From contig OZ024742.1 in the NCBI GenBank assembly GCA_964016885.1, positions 214,334,001-214,398,000 of the forward strand: a stretch of 64,000 bases of DNA, written 5' to 3'. Below are positions 27,257 to 40,150 of this stretch, piece by piece (position 1 is the first letter of the stretch; each line of letters starts with the position of its first letter). Below the pieces are notes generated by a model that saw nothing but the letters and a program-made list of their open reading frames with translations, was not told where the DNA came from and did no database searches. Source of the stretch: Eledone cirrhosa (taxonomy: Eukaryota). The translations under genes and the position numbers were made by a program.

Positions 27257-27728
27257 CGTGTGTGTGTGTGTGTGTGCGCGTGTTGCTGAACTTGTAAATG
27301 TTTCACACGCCAGAGTTATTGTGAAATCTATCAAATTCTGTGAATATCCTACTTAAAATCTAAGAGCTGGGAGACAAAGACAGCTGATTTCAAAAGGAGG
27401 ACAGCTACGTTATTCACTATTTACAATAATATTATTCCAGCCATATCTCTGATGTTATCGAACTTAAGATACCATATTCGTTCAAAAATCAGAGATTCTC
27501 ATAATTAATTGTCAAGATAATATGAAATATTCACGTTTCTCTAACAACAGAATTTCATTTAGTCATACATGAAATAGGTATTGAAATATCATACTCATAA
27601 TATTGAAATGTATATATGCAAATGTACACACTCACATAATCATACATGCGCACACAACGACCCAAATATATGTATATATACATATACCGAATTAATAATT
27701 GGTATCATTTAGAAAACAAAAAAATAAA

Positions 27729-29527
27729 TCAACTATATAAATGGCAATTTCTGTCTGTGTATCTGTGTATAACCAGTTGGCGTCTACAACAGTGATCCCA
27801 TCCTGATGAAACGTAACACATATCTTAATCTAATATTCAGAAACAGAACTGGCTAATTGGATTTCAATAAAAATTAATAATGGAACACCTGGGACATCTT
27901 TACATTGGAGGAGGAAAGTGAAAACGTTTCAGTGAGTGAGGGGGAAGAGGAGATACTACTACTCTATGTTAGACCCTTCCTCCTCCCACAACTCAGTCCT
28001 CCAAAACGAGGCAACAACTTATTAGAAATATACATAAAGAAATTTCAAACAAAGCAAACGACAGTCTAATTTTGGTTGACGTGCGACCAAATGTCTCCCT
28101 ATATATATATATATATAGGGAGTTGTATGTGTGAATATATATATATTGCCTCCTTAAAGGAGTGCATGTGTGTATATATATTTATAGCCTCCTTAACCTC
28201 TGTATTAACTTGCCGATTATATTGCTACTCTGTTAATGTTCTCTTATACATGTATGTTATTGATGATGAGAAAGCTAGACAATCCTTTCATCTAATATAG
28301 ACCACACAAATCTCACTACAGTAATAAATCCTTCATCTGTCAGATAATAACCGACTCTTACGGCCACCTGACCTACATTGTTTAAAGACACCGGCTTATT
28401 TTTACACTAGATATAATACACCCACGACAGCTTTTACATGTCAACTTTATACATCTGCCTCATGTCAGCTAGCCTTACACGCTAAAATCGTAGATATACT
28501 ATACTTCGCACCTAGATTGATGTTGTGTTTATTTCAAATAATTTATTGCTAGCATTGTTAGTATTGTTATTATTGTTCTGATTGAATGCCATTACTACTA
28601 TATATAGTAGCCATGCCTGTATATTCTTTTCATTCTCACAGGCTCCGATGAATTGACAGGTTGTAACTTTGTATTGGTGATCGAGTAACGTGAAAATAAG
28701 CGGATAGCGATCTCTAGACCTACCAGTTCCGAGAAATAATTGTCAGCAATGAGATTAAAAACCTTTTTTGTATAGCAAACCGTGTCACTCTTCTTTCCTG
28801 ATTTGGCTTACCATGAGATTATTCCGAAGAATAAAACCCAAATCGTATGTTGACGAATATTCGTATTCCCGACATGTTAATTGTAACATGCCGTCTTTGA
28901 GAGTAGAGTTTATTTTGTCGATATTTGGAGGTGTCGGATCGTGGGAAGATTAACACGAAATAAGATGTAACTACTCCCCCATTATTGACACTTTGCAACA
29001 GTGGATGTTATAAGACCCTCTTTAGGGCCAACACCTCTGATTGTTTATCCGACTTATTATGGCGTGTTTTCTCGGGTTATGGCTACTATAGGGCGAAAAC
29101 GGGATGGTTTTATTGAATTGCTTCAGTCATTCGAAGGGCTTTACAAATGGTGATATACAGGGTGCTTGAATAGTACCTGACTATATTCAATATTGCGATG
29201 ACTTCCTCAATCGTTCTGTGTGTTTGGTCTTGAGCGCTAAGGCAGTAAGTTTGCTATAATTATACATAAGTTTGTTGAATAAGTTCGATACTCTTCGAGC
29301 TCAAACTTCCCCAGCTTATTCATTTCGATTGAAGAAAGCTGATTGGAAGAAGGACTTATGACTTAAACAACTATTGATACAAAAAATTGATCTGCCATAA
29401 ACACAGCTAGGAAAGGTTGGTATTGAAAATACAGTATGGGCTTCCAGGGTGGCTAACATTTTCAGGCACACTCTGGGAACTGCGAATAACCCTACCTTTC
29501 CCGGGTACTACCGGGTACTGCAGCTAG
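27729..29527 (+). mobile_element. Non-autonomous Helitron-like element
   Basis: 5' end A|TCAACTATATAAATGGCAATTTCTGTCTGTG. 3' end has hairpin CCCGG-GTACTA-CCGGG followed by CTAG|T. Pairing of the two ends is inferred. Confidence 0.5.
28642..28747 (+). ncRNA. Degenerate hammerhead-like motif with long stem II (U4C type)
   Basis: GCU-CCGAUGA-(~80 nt, base AUUGACAGGUU/GACCUACCAGU)-GAAA-UAAUUG-UC-AGC. Confidence 0.35.
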
Positions 29528-30372
29528 TGTAGAATAAAACAATTTAGAATTTGTTATAACTTATCCAAAACGTAGAAACTGTACTACTAATGAATGAATC
29601 ATGTAACAGCAGCATTTTATCGATGTTGTATTTTACCTAACATATGAAAGATTACAGTAAATATAATCTTAAAGCAAGATATAATAAAAAAAATTACATA
29701 TCAATATACGTTGTTGATTACTCACCCTCCGTGTCCCAAAATCAGCTCTGATCGAGCATATCTAAGATGAACTGTAATGGTTTCCTCAACTTTGTATATT
29801 AAAACTTTATTTACGCAATGCGTTCTCCCTGATAATGACGATAATATGTGACCTGAAGATTTTGCTATTTTCAGCAGATGAGGAATCCGTAGACACCATC
29901 CCACGTGTCTACGCTGCATGATTCATTGCGTTTATTATATGTAATATTTGCATGTTCAATTTTTCAGTTCAAAATTATATTTATTTTATTTCGTAGAAAA
30001 GAGCTGGGCGTGAAAACAACAACGAAGAACAACTCGATAGACTCGATAAATACCGTATATTATCATATAAATAAAGTTCATCGCAGAAAGAAATCTATTT
30101 GGCATTGGATTAAAGCAAGCCTCAACAGAACAATGGTGATCGATAATAATTTAATGTTTCGGACGTTTGCTCTTCACCAGAAGATAGAATACGAGATGTA
30201 GTTTATATGCATATATGAAATAGGCAGACACACATATAACAATATGCATAGCGATATATATAAATATATATATATATATGCAGAAGTTATATTTAATTTG
30301 TTGGGAATCCAACAAGCTTAAACATTTATAACTGATATAAAGCACTCCACAGTTAACTGGAGTAAATATTCG

Positions 30373-30595
30373 ATATATTAATAAATGGAAACTATATTTA
30401 TAAAACCATAATTATTTTATTATATATATTATCCAGCGAACTTTTAACCGTCAAAGTTGCTTTTCCACGGTTATGTCAATATTTATAAAACAAATCTTGT
30501 ATTATATCTGATAAAAGCGCACCACGACTGCCTTGGTTGTCCTTGAAATATATATAATAAAATAATTATGGTTTTATAAATATAGTTTCCATTTA

Positions 30596-30604
<9 letters not shown>
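30373..30604. repeat. 58-bp inverted repeat (30373-30430 / 30547-30604) ending in a TA tract
   Basis: ATATATTAATAAATGGAAACTATATTTATAAAACCATAATTATTTTATTATATATATT and its reverse complement. Confidence 0.9.
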
Positions 30605-30685
<81 letters not shown>

Positions 30686-31098
30686 TGATGTGGAAGCCGT
30701 TAATTGCAATCAATTTCGGATGAATCCATTTAGGTTTTTAAAAGATATGCTAATGTCATTATTAACCTCAATGGAAATAATTAGTTCAACAACCATTTGG
30801 TATTTTTGCCTGTGTTAATTAAAGTTACGCACAACATATACACCCAACTCCTGCCAATCCTACCCACCATACGATTAAACCACATTAATTCTCTCAAAAC
30901 TTGCACATTTTCCGGATCGCTCTTGTCAATCACGAGATGTAGATGTGTATCATAAATATATACAAATGTTTATGGAAAACTACTAAATACAGTAGTCAAC
31001 GTACTTCTAGAGAGTTGTACTTAGTTATAAATATTGAGGATTCATTGTTTCAAGTTATATGTTACTGGATATGCAATACCGATTATCTACAGATGCAT

Positions 31099-31174
<76 letters not shown>

Positions 31175-31208
31175 ACACACACGCACAGACACACACACAC
31201 ACACACAG

Positions 31209-31289
<81 letters not shown>

Positions 31290-33968
31290 AACAATCTAAT
31301 GTACGCAATATACGTATTTAGAATCAGTGACAGCAATGATATCAAATCTTTATGTTCTCTCTAGAGACATATAGACACAAATCCCTGTCTCCATATATAT
31401 TTTCATAATATATTGATATTCACGTGTGGATACAAAAATTCTTTAGGAAATACAAAGCAGAGAGGCGGGTAGATAGAAGAAATTCCTTTGTAATATGAAT
31501 AAATGTTCAGCGTTTCATGTGGTATCTAATTTTACAGTTTACTTACGAAAATATTAACGAGCCTAATATTCATTTACTTTAGAATATAAAGGTAATGATA
31601 TAGGTGTGTTCATGTTTTAGTGTTTATTACATTATATCCAAACCTTGTTACAATAATTCAAATTTGGTATGACATGATGTTTTACCTATGCAATATTGGC
31701 ACTTACGGGAACATAACTGGATTAGCAAATGAAACAAGGGTTTCATTTTACCATTATATTAAGTCATATACACCAATAATCATATTTATGTTTATGGGTG
31801 GGAGGATACGCATACACACACACATATACACAGACACATATATATATATATATATATCTATATATATTCAACTTCAAGTACCGAAATCTTTTTCCAAAGA
31901 AATGCATATATACCAATTCAGTACACAATCTGTAAGATTATCTTAAAACATGTTTACTGTCCTCAAACCAAATGGGTAAAGTATACAAAAAATAAATAAA
32001 TAAATAAATCACCCTACAAACAGAGAAAAAACACAAAGAACAAACAATATACATTAAATACGGCTGAAAACCACATTATAAATCTGCTGAACGGTGAAAT
32101 AGTAAAATAAAAAAAGAAAGCTAAACTTTAAGAAATCAAAACACTCAATTTTGTAAATAAAATTACTTTAGTTTCGTTTTTCGTATGCTATTCCAATTAA
32201 CCATTGTGCATACCTTGCCAATTCCTTTTCGACATGTTCTTTAATCACTTCCAGCTGTAGTTTCTAATTTCGAAATTGGCTTAGCACAAACTTCCCCATG
32301 AGTATTCAGATAACGAATATCAGGTAATGTGCAGCTATAGAGAAGAATTATTGGTGAAACATGTTCTGTTTCTTTCTATTTTATATTGCAGTTAGTAGAT
32401 GGTAAACATAAATAATTGGTTGTTTATATAATATCAAATGTCGAAATATTATTCAGTAAAGAGACCATAGATAATTTTATAAGTAGCAATTAAAAATTTG
32501 ATAAAAAGCTTGTTAACTAATTTTCTTTTTCTTTTTGTGTTGCTATATATATGCTAGTGTATGAGGTCAGGCTGCTTTATAGTATACGCAGTTGGAAGAA
32601 AGCAAGTGAAGTCATAATAAAGCAATTTCCCTAGAAAAGGAAACAGGGAAGAGTTTGAGTGTAAAATCACGTTATAATGAGCAATCTGATGGAAGACTTC
32701 ACATATAATAACTTCGAGAAGGTTGAAGTTCACAGAAAGCTAGTCATATTAAATAATTTTCAACCCTTTATACCAAAGCAACTAAATTGTTCGTCCAAAT
32801 ATCTCAAGAGACTTGACCTGGTCGTGAGTTTTGTGGGTGAGCATTTCTCCGACAGAAACTGTTCTAGTGAAGTTGTACTGCTGACAAAGTAAGAAAGGAA
32901 GTTCAAGAGTCTTAGGTTTTTTGTGGAGATTCGTTACCTTCCCGCCTATGTTATTTTATTTAAGAAGGATAGGTCAGTTTTTCAGATGATCTGAGATTTA
33001 GTCCTCTTAAGGGATATCTAGCATATGTTCCAATATTCTGGTATAACACCATGTACACAGAGAGATTGATGAGAAGAGTACCTAGATCTCGTCTGCAATC
33101 TATAATGGTGAGAAAGAGATATAGGAAGGGCTTCTACACTTGGCGTGATTATGAAAGAGGAAGAAGGGGGAAAACCATTTCGAATGCGTTTTATCGATTA
33201 TGTACATAGGGAAGTGCAAATCCGAGTAGTAAATATGGACGTGTTAGGGAATGATGGATAGAAGAAAGATCCTTTATTAGCGGAAGTAATATTACTGAGC
33301 TCGCGTATCTAGAACATAATCATATATAAGTGATAAAACTTAAAATCGAAATATGTGAAGCCCATAAAGCATCGATAATTCAATTGTTTCTATTTAATCA
33401 ATGGCCATGTACTTTCCTTTCTGAGTCACGAGTCTGGTGAGAAGGGTTGAATGTAGGATTACGGGTTAAGTTTACTTTGGCTTGTTCTGGAGATAATTGT
33501 GTTCAATTTAAGGCAATTGAAGCTCTTAATTTCACTGACACAGACACAGACAAAGAGACACACACATACACACACATGCACACACGCATGCACACACGCA
33601 CAGGCACACACACACACACACACAAAAACACAAACACGCACACACACATAGAAGACAACAAGTGAAGTCACAATAATGCGATTTCCCTAGAAATATATAA
33701 ATATATATATTTATTACTGAACAAGTAACCAATGGCTTTACATTTGTGTAACAAAAAATGGGACCAAGTGACTCATGTAAATAATTCTATTTCCTGATTA
33801 GATTTTGAGAGATGTTTGTACTCCATCGTTAATATAATTAATTAAGTGGCTAATTAATTTAATCGAGTGGTATTATATCTCTCCTAATCAATTCGTTCGT
33901 CGAAATAAATGATTTTATCTGGGTAAAAATCTTTGGTTGCTTCCTCTCAAATGAATATCCACTTTTCC

Positions 33969-34016
<48 letters not shown>

Positions 34017-34618
34017 AGAGAGACAGGGAGAGAGAGAGAGAAAGAGAATAGAGAGAGAGAAGAGAGAGAGAGAGAGAGCGAGCGAGAGAGAGAGAAACGA
34101 TTATTAGGAATAAAAATATTTTTTTCCGTTATTTTTTCCCATTTCCTTAACATGTTTAACATCACCTTATTTTGTCATCTCCATTTTGTATGTACAAACA
34201 CAAATTCCTTTTTTCTCTCTCCCACTCACATAATTTGAAAATGCACAAAATGCTGAATCCGGTAATTGATAATTATTAAATAAATAAATTAATAAATAAA
34301 TAAATCAATGTTATTGTTAATAAATAAATAAATAAATATTTTGAATATTTCACACAAAGTAAAATAATTTGTTTTAACCATTTTCTAACCCAGAACATGA
34401 AGAATATAACGGGAAAAAAATGTTTTTCTTCCCAATAATCGTTTTTTTCCCTTTATATATATATTCCAACTCGTGTGTTACTTCTACACATTTTATTATT
34501 TTTATTATATATATATATACTACAAAAATTATATTGAAGATGTCATGTCTGAGAATGTCAAAAACATATCACCTGTAGACGCTCAAACATTCCAAGGAAT
34601 AAATACAAGCATTTATTA

Positions 34619-34656
34619 ACATTAAATTAAAGGTCGATGGACATATATAGGTCGAT

Positions 34657-34706
<50 letters not shown>

Positions 34707-35218
34707 TGTATATATACATATATATGTGTATATATAAATATATAAAATAAACACATCAAACAACTACAGGGGATAATTTGTAAAAAGTGTAAACACACAT
34801 AGTTACGGAGGTAACATTAAAAATTAGCGAGAACCTTGAATATCTTGCAATCTACCTTGCAATCTCCTTTGTATATATTCCATTAAAGAAATATATTTCA
34901 CCATTAATCGATGAATCACAGATGATAAATCTTGGTTCATCGGCAAAGGAGAAGACTTAACTAAAATCAAATCAGGAAATAATGACGGAAAGTACATGCG
35001 GTTTTAAAACACACATATCACCCGTGAAATATATTTCTTTAATGGAATATATACAAAGGAGATTATTATTATTGCTAGATATCTATATTCAAGGTTCTCG
35101 TTAATTTTTAATATGCTACCTCCGTAACTATGTGTGTTTACACTCTTTGCAAATGATCGCCTGTAATTGTTTGATCGTTTATTATATATATATACGTCAA
35201 TCGACTTTTAATTTAATG

Positions 35219-35219
<1 letters not shown>
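34619..35219. repeat. Inverted repeat (core 34755-34900 / 35024-35175; outer 34619-34638 / 35200-35219)
   Basis: GTGTAAACACACATAGTTACGGAGGTA...ATTCCATTAAAGAAATATATTTCAC versus its reverse complement. Confidence 0.85.
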
Positions 35220-35271
<52 letters not shown>

Positions 35272-35275
<4 letters not shown>

Positions 35276-35450
35276 ACTCCATATTTACCTACTCCTCCCT
35301 CAAAAACTAATCACAATAACAGGAAAAGGAAAATTATTTGGTATACCCCCCCCCCCCCTTCTCTCTAACTGTCAAAACTAATGTAGGAAAGAAATTCCTC
35401 GACCTCCTAGACAAACATTTTCCCCCTAATCATAGATATTATAAGATAAT
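35272..35450 (+). pseudogene. Short PLE ORF fragment (same type as 25265-26218)
   Basis: [12 protein letters not shown](frameshift)[30 protein letters not shown]. Confidence 0.8.
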
Positions 35451-35586
35451 GTTTTCAAATCCACATTCAATACAAACACCAGGATTTTTTCATTCTGACA
35501 ACTGAAAGCAGATTTGTTTGCTTTCAAGAAACAACTGGTAAATGAAATAATTATCTTATGTTGTTTATTACATATCTATATATATA

Positions 35587-36067
35587 TAACAAATAGTTTT
35601 ATCGCTCTACCTGGCTGAATACAATAAATGTAACCTGAGTTTTTCGAATATCAATAATAATATCAGATTTGGTTGGCATTTATGCAAACAGCTTCATTAA
35701 GCCATGTCAGTAGAATGACCCCATCATTCTTGATCTTGTGTTGGCATATAACCAGATCCTCAGACACTAATGTTTCTGGGTCATTACCCTTCACCAGTAC
35801 CGTTTTCTGCTTACCTGACAACGGTCAGAGCTAGTGAAAATATATGATATTTTCTGAAATATACAGTGACTGATCGGCCTGCTTTGCATATTAGCAGACT
35901 GCCTGATCAGTCAGATTTGCATATTAGCAGATCCACTGATCAGCCAGATACATATCAGCAGATAGGCCAGTTCAGTTTCATGTATACAAGCGATTAATGG
36001 TCGGCTTTGTCATATTCAAATAACTAACAAATAGTTGTATCGCTGTATATGGCTGAATACAATAAAT
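35587..36067. repeat. 438-bp-period unit with 43-bp terminal direct repeats, internal ~30-bp tandem repeats and a decayed HHR-like motif
   Basis: TAACAAATAGTT.TATCGCT.TA..TGGCTGAATACAATAAAT at 35587 and 36025. CATAT(T/C)AGCAGA repeats lie at 35887-35962. Minus strand 35761-35799 reads CUGGUGA-AGGGU AAUG ACCCA-GAAA-CAUUAGUG-UC. Confidence 0.7.
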
Positions 36068-37652
36068 TACAGTTAAAATTTGTCTAGCTTTGATAACTTG
36101 CTTTAAGATTCTACATACCTATTTCGCGTTGATATAAAGGGAAACGTGATTAATAAGAGATAAAGTCAGTGTGTGTGGAATGTTGAAGTTTATAATCAAG
36201 TAAATATTGATTTTTAAGATTTGCACAATTTATCTTATCGCCCACGGAATGATGAAAGGATGTATTATTCAAATGTAAAGGGATTTTAAGAAATATTACA
36301 AACCATTTTGCGTGATACTCACGATTCTGCTAATCGACCAGCACGATTAAATGTCCAGTTTCTGTGACTAATAAGGGAGCCTACAACAGAAGTATTTCAA
36401 TTTACTTATGCAGTTAACATTGTTACACATGTATAAAACCAACTAGTTATCGTTAGTTATATTTATTTAACATTTAAAAATAATATCTATTAGATACAAT
36501 GTTTAACGTGGCTTCTTAAAACGAATTGTTAATGTAAACGGATTTTTTAAACGATTCTTGTAGTTTTATAAATTTAAAGATGGCAGTATATTATGTTGCC
36601 TCGTAGGGGAATTGTAACCTCACTAAACATTAATAGGGTAAAGGAAATATATAGTCTAAGTATCATAGAAACAGCACTAAATAATTGCTTTACTCTGAAT
36701 TTTATATCGATTCGTTGGGCTCATCCGTGTAATTTTAGGTTTAAATTTAAAATACACAAATTACGATAGAAAATTATATTTTCGAAATATATTGTTCGTA
36801 ATTATTTAAAAAATTGCTATTAACTTCTTGTGTTTCAAGACTGAAAATTGAAAAACAAAACTACATTTCAAGATGTAATATACAAGAAATGAAACGAAAG
36901 TAATAATATGTAGCCAGCAAGTACTGTTCAATTTGAAGTTTCTCTTATCATAAAAACATCATTTTTTCAACGTCATTTTTGTAGAAAAAGTAATTTTTGC
37001 AAAATATCATATATTATTTACGATAAGTGATTTATTTCATTTTTTTAAAATCATTGAGGTGTTAGAATGTATTCACTGTAACTGCATTCACGATATCTCC
37101 CCCCTCTCTGTCTCTGTCTCTGTATGTCTCTCTCTCACTCTCTATATATATATGTATGTGTGTGTGTGTGTGTGTATGTATGTAGTGTGCGTTTGTATGC
37201 CTGTATCTGGATGTGTGTCTATCTCTATATATGCCTGTATATATGTGTGTATATATCTATCTATCGATCACCCTATTTATCTATCATTGTCTTATATATC
37301 ATTAGAAATTGAACTAAATATATTTTATACGTGCTGTTCACACCAGACGTATATATAAATGTGCTTAGTGACTTAGAAAATTAAATTTGTATCAAATGTA
37401 ATGAATAAATCAGTATTAACCTCGTTTTTCATATTAAACAATATTGGCCTATATTTTAGAGCTGAGATAATGTGAAGTATAATATTCTTTCCCTTTTCAA
37501 AGATTTTAAGGTCTCCAGACATTGAATGTTGTCTATGGTTTTAGAAATTCTTCCCTATATAAATGATTATAACAATATAGATCACTATAAATAGTAGATA
37601 AGAATATAGGGAAATGTACTCTTGGCGACAGTAAAACTGGAGAAAGTTGCCA

Positions 37653-37915
37653 GAGGCGGATCAAAGTCCACATATTTCGGATAACGGCTGACTGATTTAA
37701 ATACTACTCGAAGGGATCGCTGGGAATAATTACCATTTTTGGAAGACAAGAAGCCATTTGGTAGATGTATGTGCAAACATCTCTAGAAGTTCATTAATTA
37801 GAATAATCAACTATGTTATATTCATGTACGTTCGGACATCTATATTTAAATTTCAAATTCCCAAAATGTTTCTTTTTTCAATCGGATATTCACACACTAT
37901 GACATACATTGGGGC

Positions 37916-38007
<92 letters not shown>

Positions 38008-38191
38008 CGAAGGAAATGTGGTAAGGAACCAGGTGGACCATAACGCACCAAAGTACTCAATACTTAGGGTTGTAGAGTGGGTAATAGGAACGATTAGGAC
38101 CCCGACGGCTGAGCTCAAGCCGTTTCTACGGCTAATTAGATTAGCCCTCGAAACGCCTTGAGCTCAGCCGTCGGGGTCCTACTCGTTCCTA

Positions 38192-38259
<68 letters not shown>

Positions 38260-38694
38260 TATGTGTGTGTGTATATATATATATACAGACACACACAGAC
38301 ATATATATAAATATATATATATATACTTCGTTTCTGAATTTATTTAGCAAGATTCTTTATCTGAAAACGTGTGTTGAAACCGATATTGTTATGCTTTGGG
38401 TGGGTCATGTTGCCAATAAGAAACACACGCAGAGGCGGATCAAAGTCCACATATTTCGGATAACGGCTGACTGATTTAAATACTACTCGAAGGGATCGCT
38501 GGGAATAATTACCATTTTTGGAAGACAATAAGCCATTTGGTAGATGTATGTGCAAACATCTCTAGAAGTTCATTAATTAGAATAATCAACTATGTTATAT
38601 TCATGTACGTTCGGACATCTTTATTTAAATTTCAAATTCCCAAAATGTTTCTTTTTTCAATCGGATATTCACACACTATGACATACATTGGGGC

Positions 38695-38778
<84 letters not shown>

Positions 38779-38962
38779 CGAAGGAAATGTGGTAAGGAAC
38801 CAGGTGGACCATAACGCACCAAAGTACTCAATACTTAGGGTTGTAGAGTGGGTAATAGGAACGATTAGGACCCCGACGGCTGAGCTCAAGCCGTTTCTAC
38901 GGCTAATTAGATTAGCCCTCGAAACGCCTTGAGCTCAGCCGTCGGGGTCCTACTCGTTCCTA

Positions 38963-39047
<85 letters not shown>

Positions 39048-39222
39048 GAATATGTGTGTGTGTATATATATATATATACAGACACACACAGACATATATA
39101 TAAATATATATATATACTTCGTTTCTGAATTTATTTAGCAAGATTCTTTATCTGAAAACGTGTGTTGAAACCGATATTGTTATGCTTTGGGTGGGTCATG
39201 TTGCCAATAAGAAACACACGCA
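37653..39222. repeat. Tandem duplication of ~780 bp (37653-38431 / 38432-39222)
   Basis: The units are nearly identical outside microsatellite tracts (two substitutions noticed), with a CA microhomology at the junction. Confidence 0.95.
38084..38192. repeat. 53-bp-arm hairpin element (copies at 38856-38964, half copy 23408-23459, diverged copy 43685-43790)
   Basis: ATAGGAACGA.TAGGACCCCGACGGCTGAGCTCAAG.CGTTTC.A.GGCTAAT-TAG-reverse complement. Confidence 0.9.
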
Positions 39223-40005
39223 CCAGCTGCATTCACTCCAATTTATTATAAATTAAATTCATAAATTTAAGAATTTATAAATTTCCGGTTGGTTCCACAA
39301 CCGGACGGTTGTTCATATATTGTCAAAGTTCTTTCGCCAGACATTCTGTGACATCTTCAGTGACTGGGGATTCTTTTCTTTTCTTTGTTTTTGTGCCTCT
39401 CATTTGTTGTGTCCTATGCCATCTTCTGTGTGTGTGTGTTGTGTGCTTAGTTTGCGCATGTGTTACATCCCTGTGTCTGTGTGTGTTTATATTTGTTTAT
39501 TTATTTGTTTATTTACATGTTACTGGTTGGTTGTTTGTTGTATGTGTGTGTGTGTTTTCATTTTGTCCTTAATTGTAAGTTGTGATGTTGCTATTCCATT
39601 CATGTTTTCTATTTACTTTTGGTTAATTAGGAATAAGGTTAATAGAATAAACTCATGGTATGATAGCAATAAATACCAGAGTGTAATGTTCATCAATACA
39701 AACCCTAGATGTGAATTAGCTTACAAATTTAAAAGGGACCTAGATAAACATAAACTCAATATTAAGATAGTAGAAAGACCAGGTACCTCCATAAAAACAC
39801 TTATTAGCAATACATACCCTTTTCAAAGACCTCCTGTATAGATAAGAAATGTATAATCTGTAAACCCATATTAACTGTAAAACTAGAAATGTAGTATATA
39901 GCATAAGATGTACTGAAGGACAATGTAAAGATAAGAATATAGTGTACATAGGTGAGGCAGCTCGTAGTGTAGGAGAACGGATAACTGAACACTGGCGAGA
40001 GCTTC
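39117..40005 (+). mobile_element. Naiad-like PLE remnant: inverted pLTR (39117-39624) fused to GIY-YIG ORF fragment (39628-40005)
   Basis: SWYDSNKYQSVMFINTNP...KIVERPGTSIKTLISNTYPF...NVVYSIRC...YIGEAARSVGERITEH. The pLTR is homologous to 58133-58640 but oriented opposite to its own ORF. Confidence 0.85.
39322..39364 (-). ncRNA. Putative minimal hammerhead in Naiad-like pLTR
   Basis: GUCA-CUGAAGA-UGUCACAGAAUGUCUGGC-GAAA-GAAC-UU-UGAC. The homologue at 58348-58390 has a better stem II but GGAA instead of GAAA. Confidence 0.5.
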
Positions 40006-40082
40006 TAGCCGAGCTAACGTCCGAGTAGAGAATTCATTTTAAGCACGTACACTAATAATAGTCGCTGCAGCTGTTTAGTAAA

Positions 40083-40150
<68 letters not shown>

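Noticed and set aside
33020-33280. Possible ancient LINE 3' fragment (RGR...RMRFIDYV)
   Set aside because: Similarity is too weak to call without a profile search.
34880-34950. Minus-strand CCGAUGA-ACCA...UGGU-GAAA-UAUAUU-UC hammerhead-like string
   Set aside because: Stem I cannot form and stem III is mismatched.
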